6,495 bases of DNA. Origin: a virus. Taxonomy: Duplodnaviria; Heunggongvirae; Uroviricota; Caudoviricetes. The DNA lies in the IMG/VR virus record IMGVR_UViG_2711768010_000010; one strand, given 5' to 3'. Numbering within the stretch: position 1 is the stretch's first letter; each line of letters starts with the position of its first letter. Under the pieces are notes generated by a model. It saw nothing but the letters and a program-made list of their open reading frames with translations. It was not told the DNA's origin and searched no databases. The translations under genes and the position numbers were made by a program. Below, piece after piece: positions 6,205-6,495 of this stretch.

Positions 6205-6388
6205 GTGCCGGATACATCACAGTTTCTGGAACCTTAGGTACTACAGTATCAGTCAGGGTGCTATATTTTCAGATGTGATGAAAGCCTGTCAGCAGGCAGG
6301 GCGTATCGGAAATGACCCAGTAGAGAAAACGTTGACTCAGATACCGGTGCTGAGTTACCGGGAAACCGGCATCACATGACCGCTATCC

Positions 6389-6495
6389 TGAGGTGTACTG
6401 GCAATAGCGGACACTACCATTTGTTCTTTTTTTAAGCAGCCATCTGATGATATTTTTCCCTGAAGGCTGCCGGGGAGATATTCCCCAGACGAGAG
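6389..6495. repeat. Right copy of the perfect 107-bp terminal inverted repeat (IR-R)
   Basis: Exact reverse complement of 1..107. Carries an inverted copy of the ORF 76..306 start; on the minus strand this gives only a 21-codon remnant (6355..6420). Confidence 0.95.

Noticed and set aside
5985-6388. Shiga toxin or other cargo CDS downstream of the tRNAs
   Set aside because: Looked for because Q-tRNA context often precedes stxAB, but no ORF of adequate length exists here; the region is non-coding.
1-6495. CRISPR array, IS element or transposase, integrase, invertase
   Set aside because: No short direct-repeat/spacer array and no ORF with a recombinase- or transposase-like product; the only long repeat is the terminal inverted pair.

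Overview
This window reads as the nin/late-regulatory region of a lambdoid (Qin/Stx-phage-like) enterobacterial prophage, all on the + strand. In order: three small unassigned ORFs (two are paralogs with ATGA overlap), a mok/hok type I toxin locus with its own terminator, a rem-positioned ORF, a DUF968/YdfU-like protein, a RusA resolvase, and a cysteine-rich Q-type antiterminator. Q is followed by a lambda-pR'-like late promoter with the AACGAT pause signature and a close tR' terminator, then a small wHTH ORF with its own terminator, an orphan beta-class DNA methyltransferase, and a promoter-tRNA-tRNA-terminator cassette (tRNA-Ile2(CAU)-like, tRNA-Arg(UCU)). About 400 bp of structured non-coding DNA follows, where lambdoid phages usually carry cargo. 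The most unusual observation is that the whole window is bounded by a perfect 107-bp inverted repeat (1..107 vs 6389..6495) that ends exactly at the window edges and cuts ORF 76..306 at codon 11. No integrase, transposase, invertase, CRISPR array or toxin cargo gene is present. All family assignments come from reading motifs and from recalled sequences, not from a database search.
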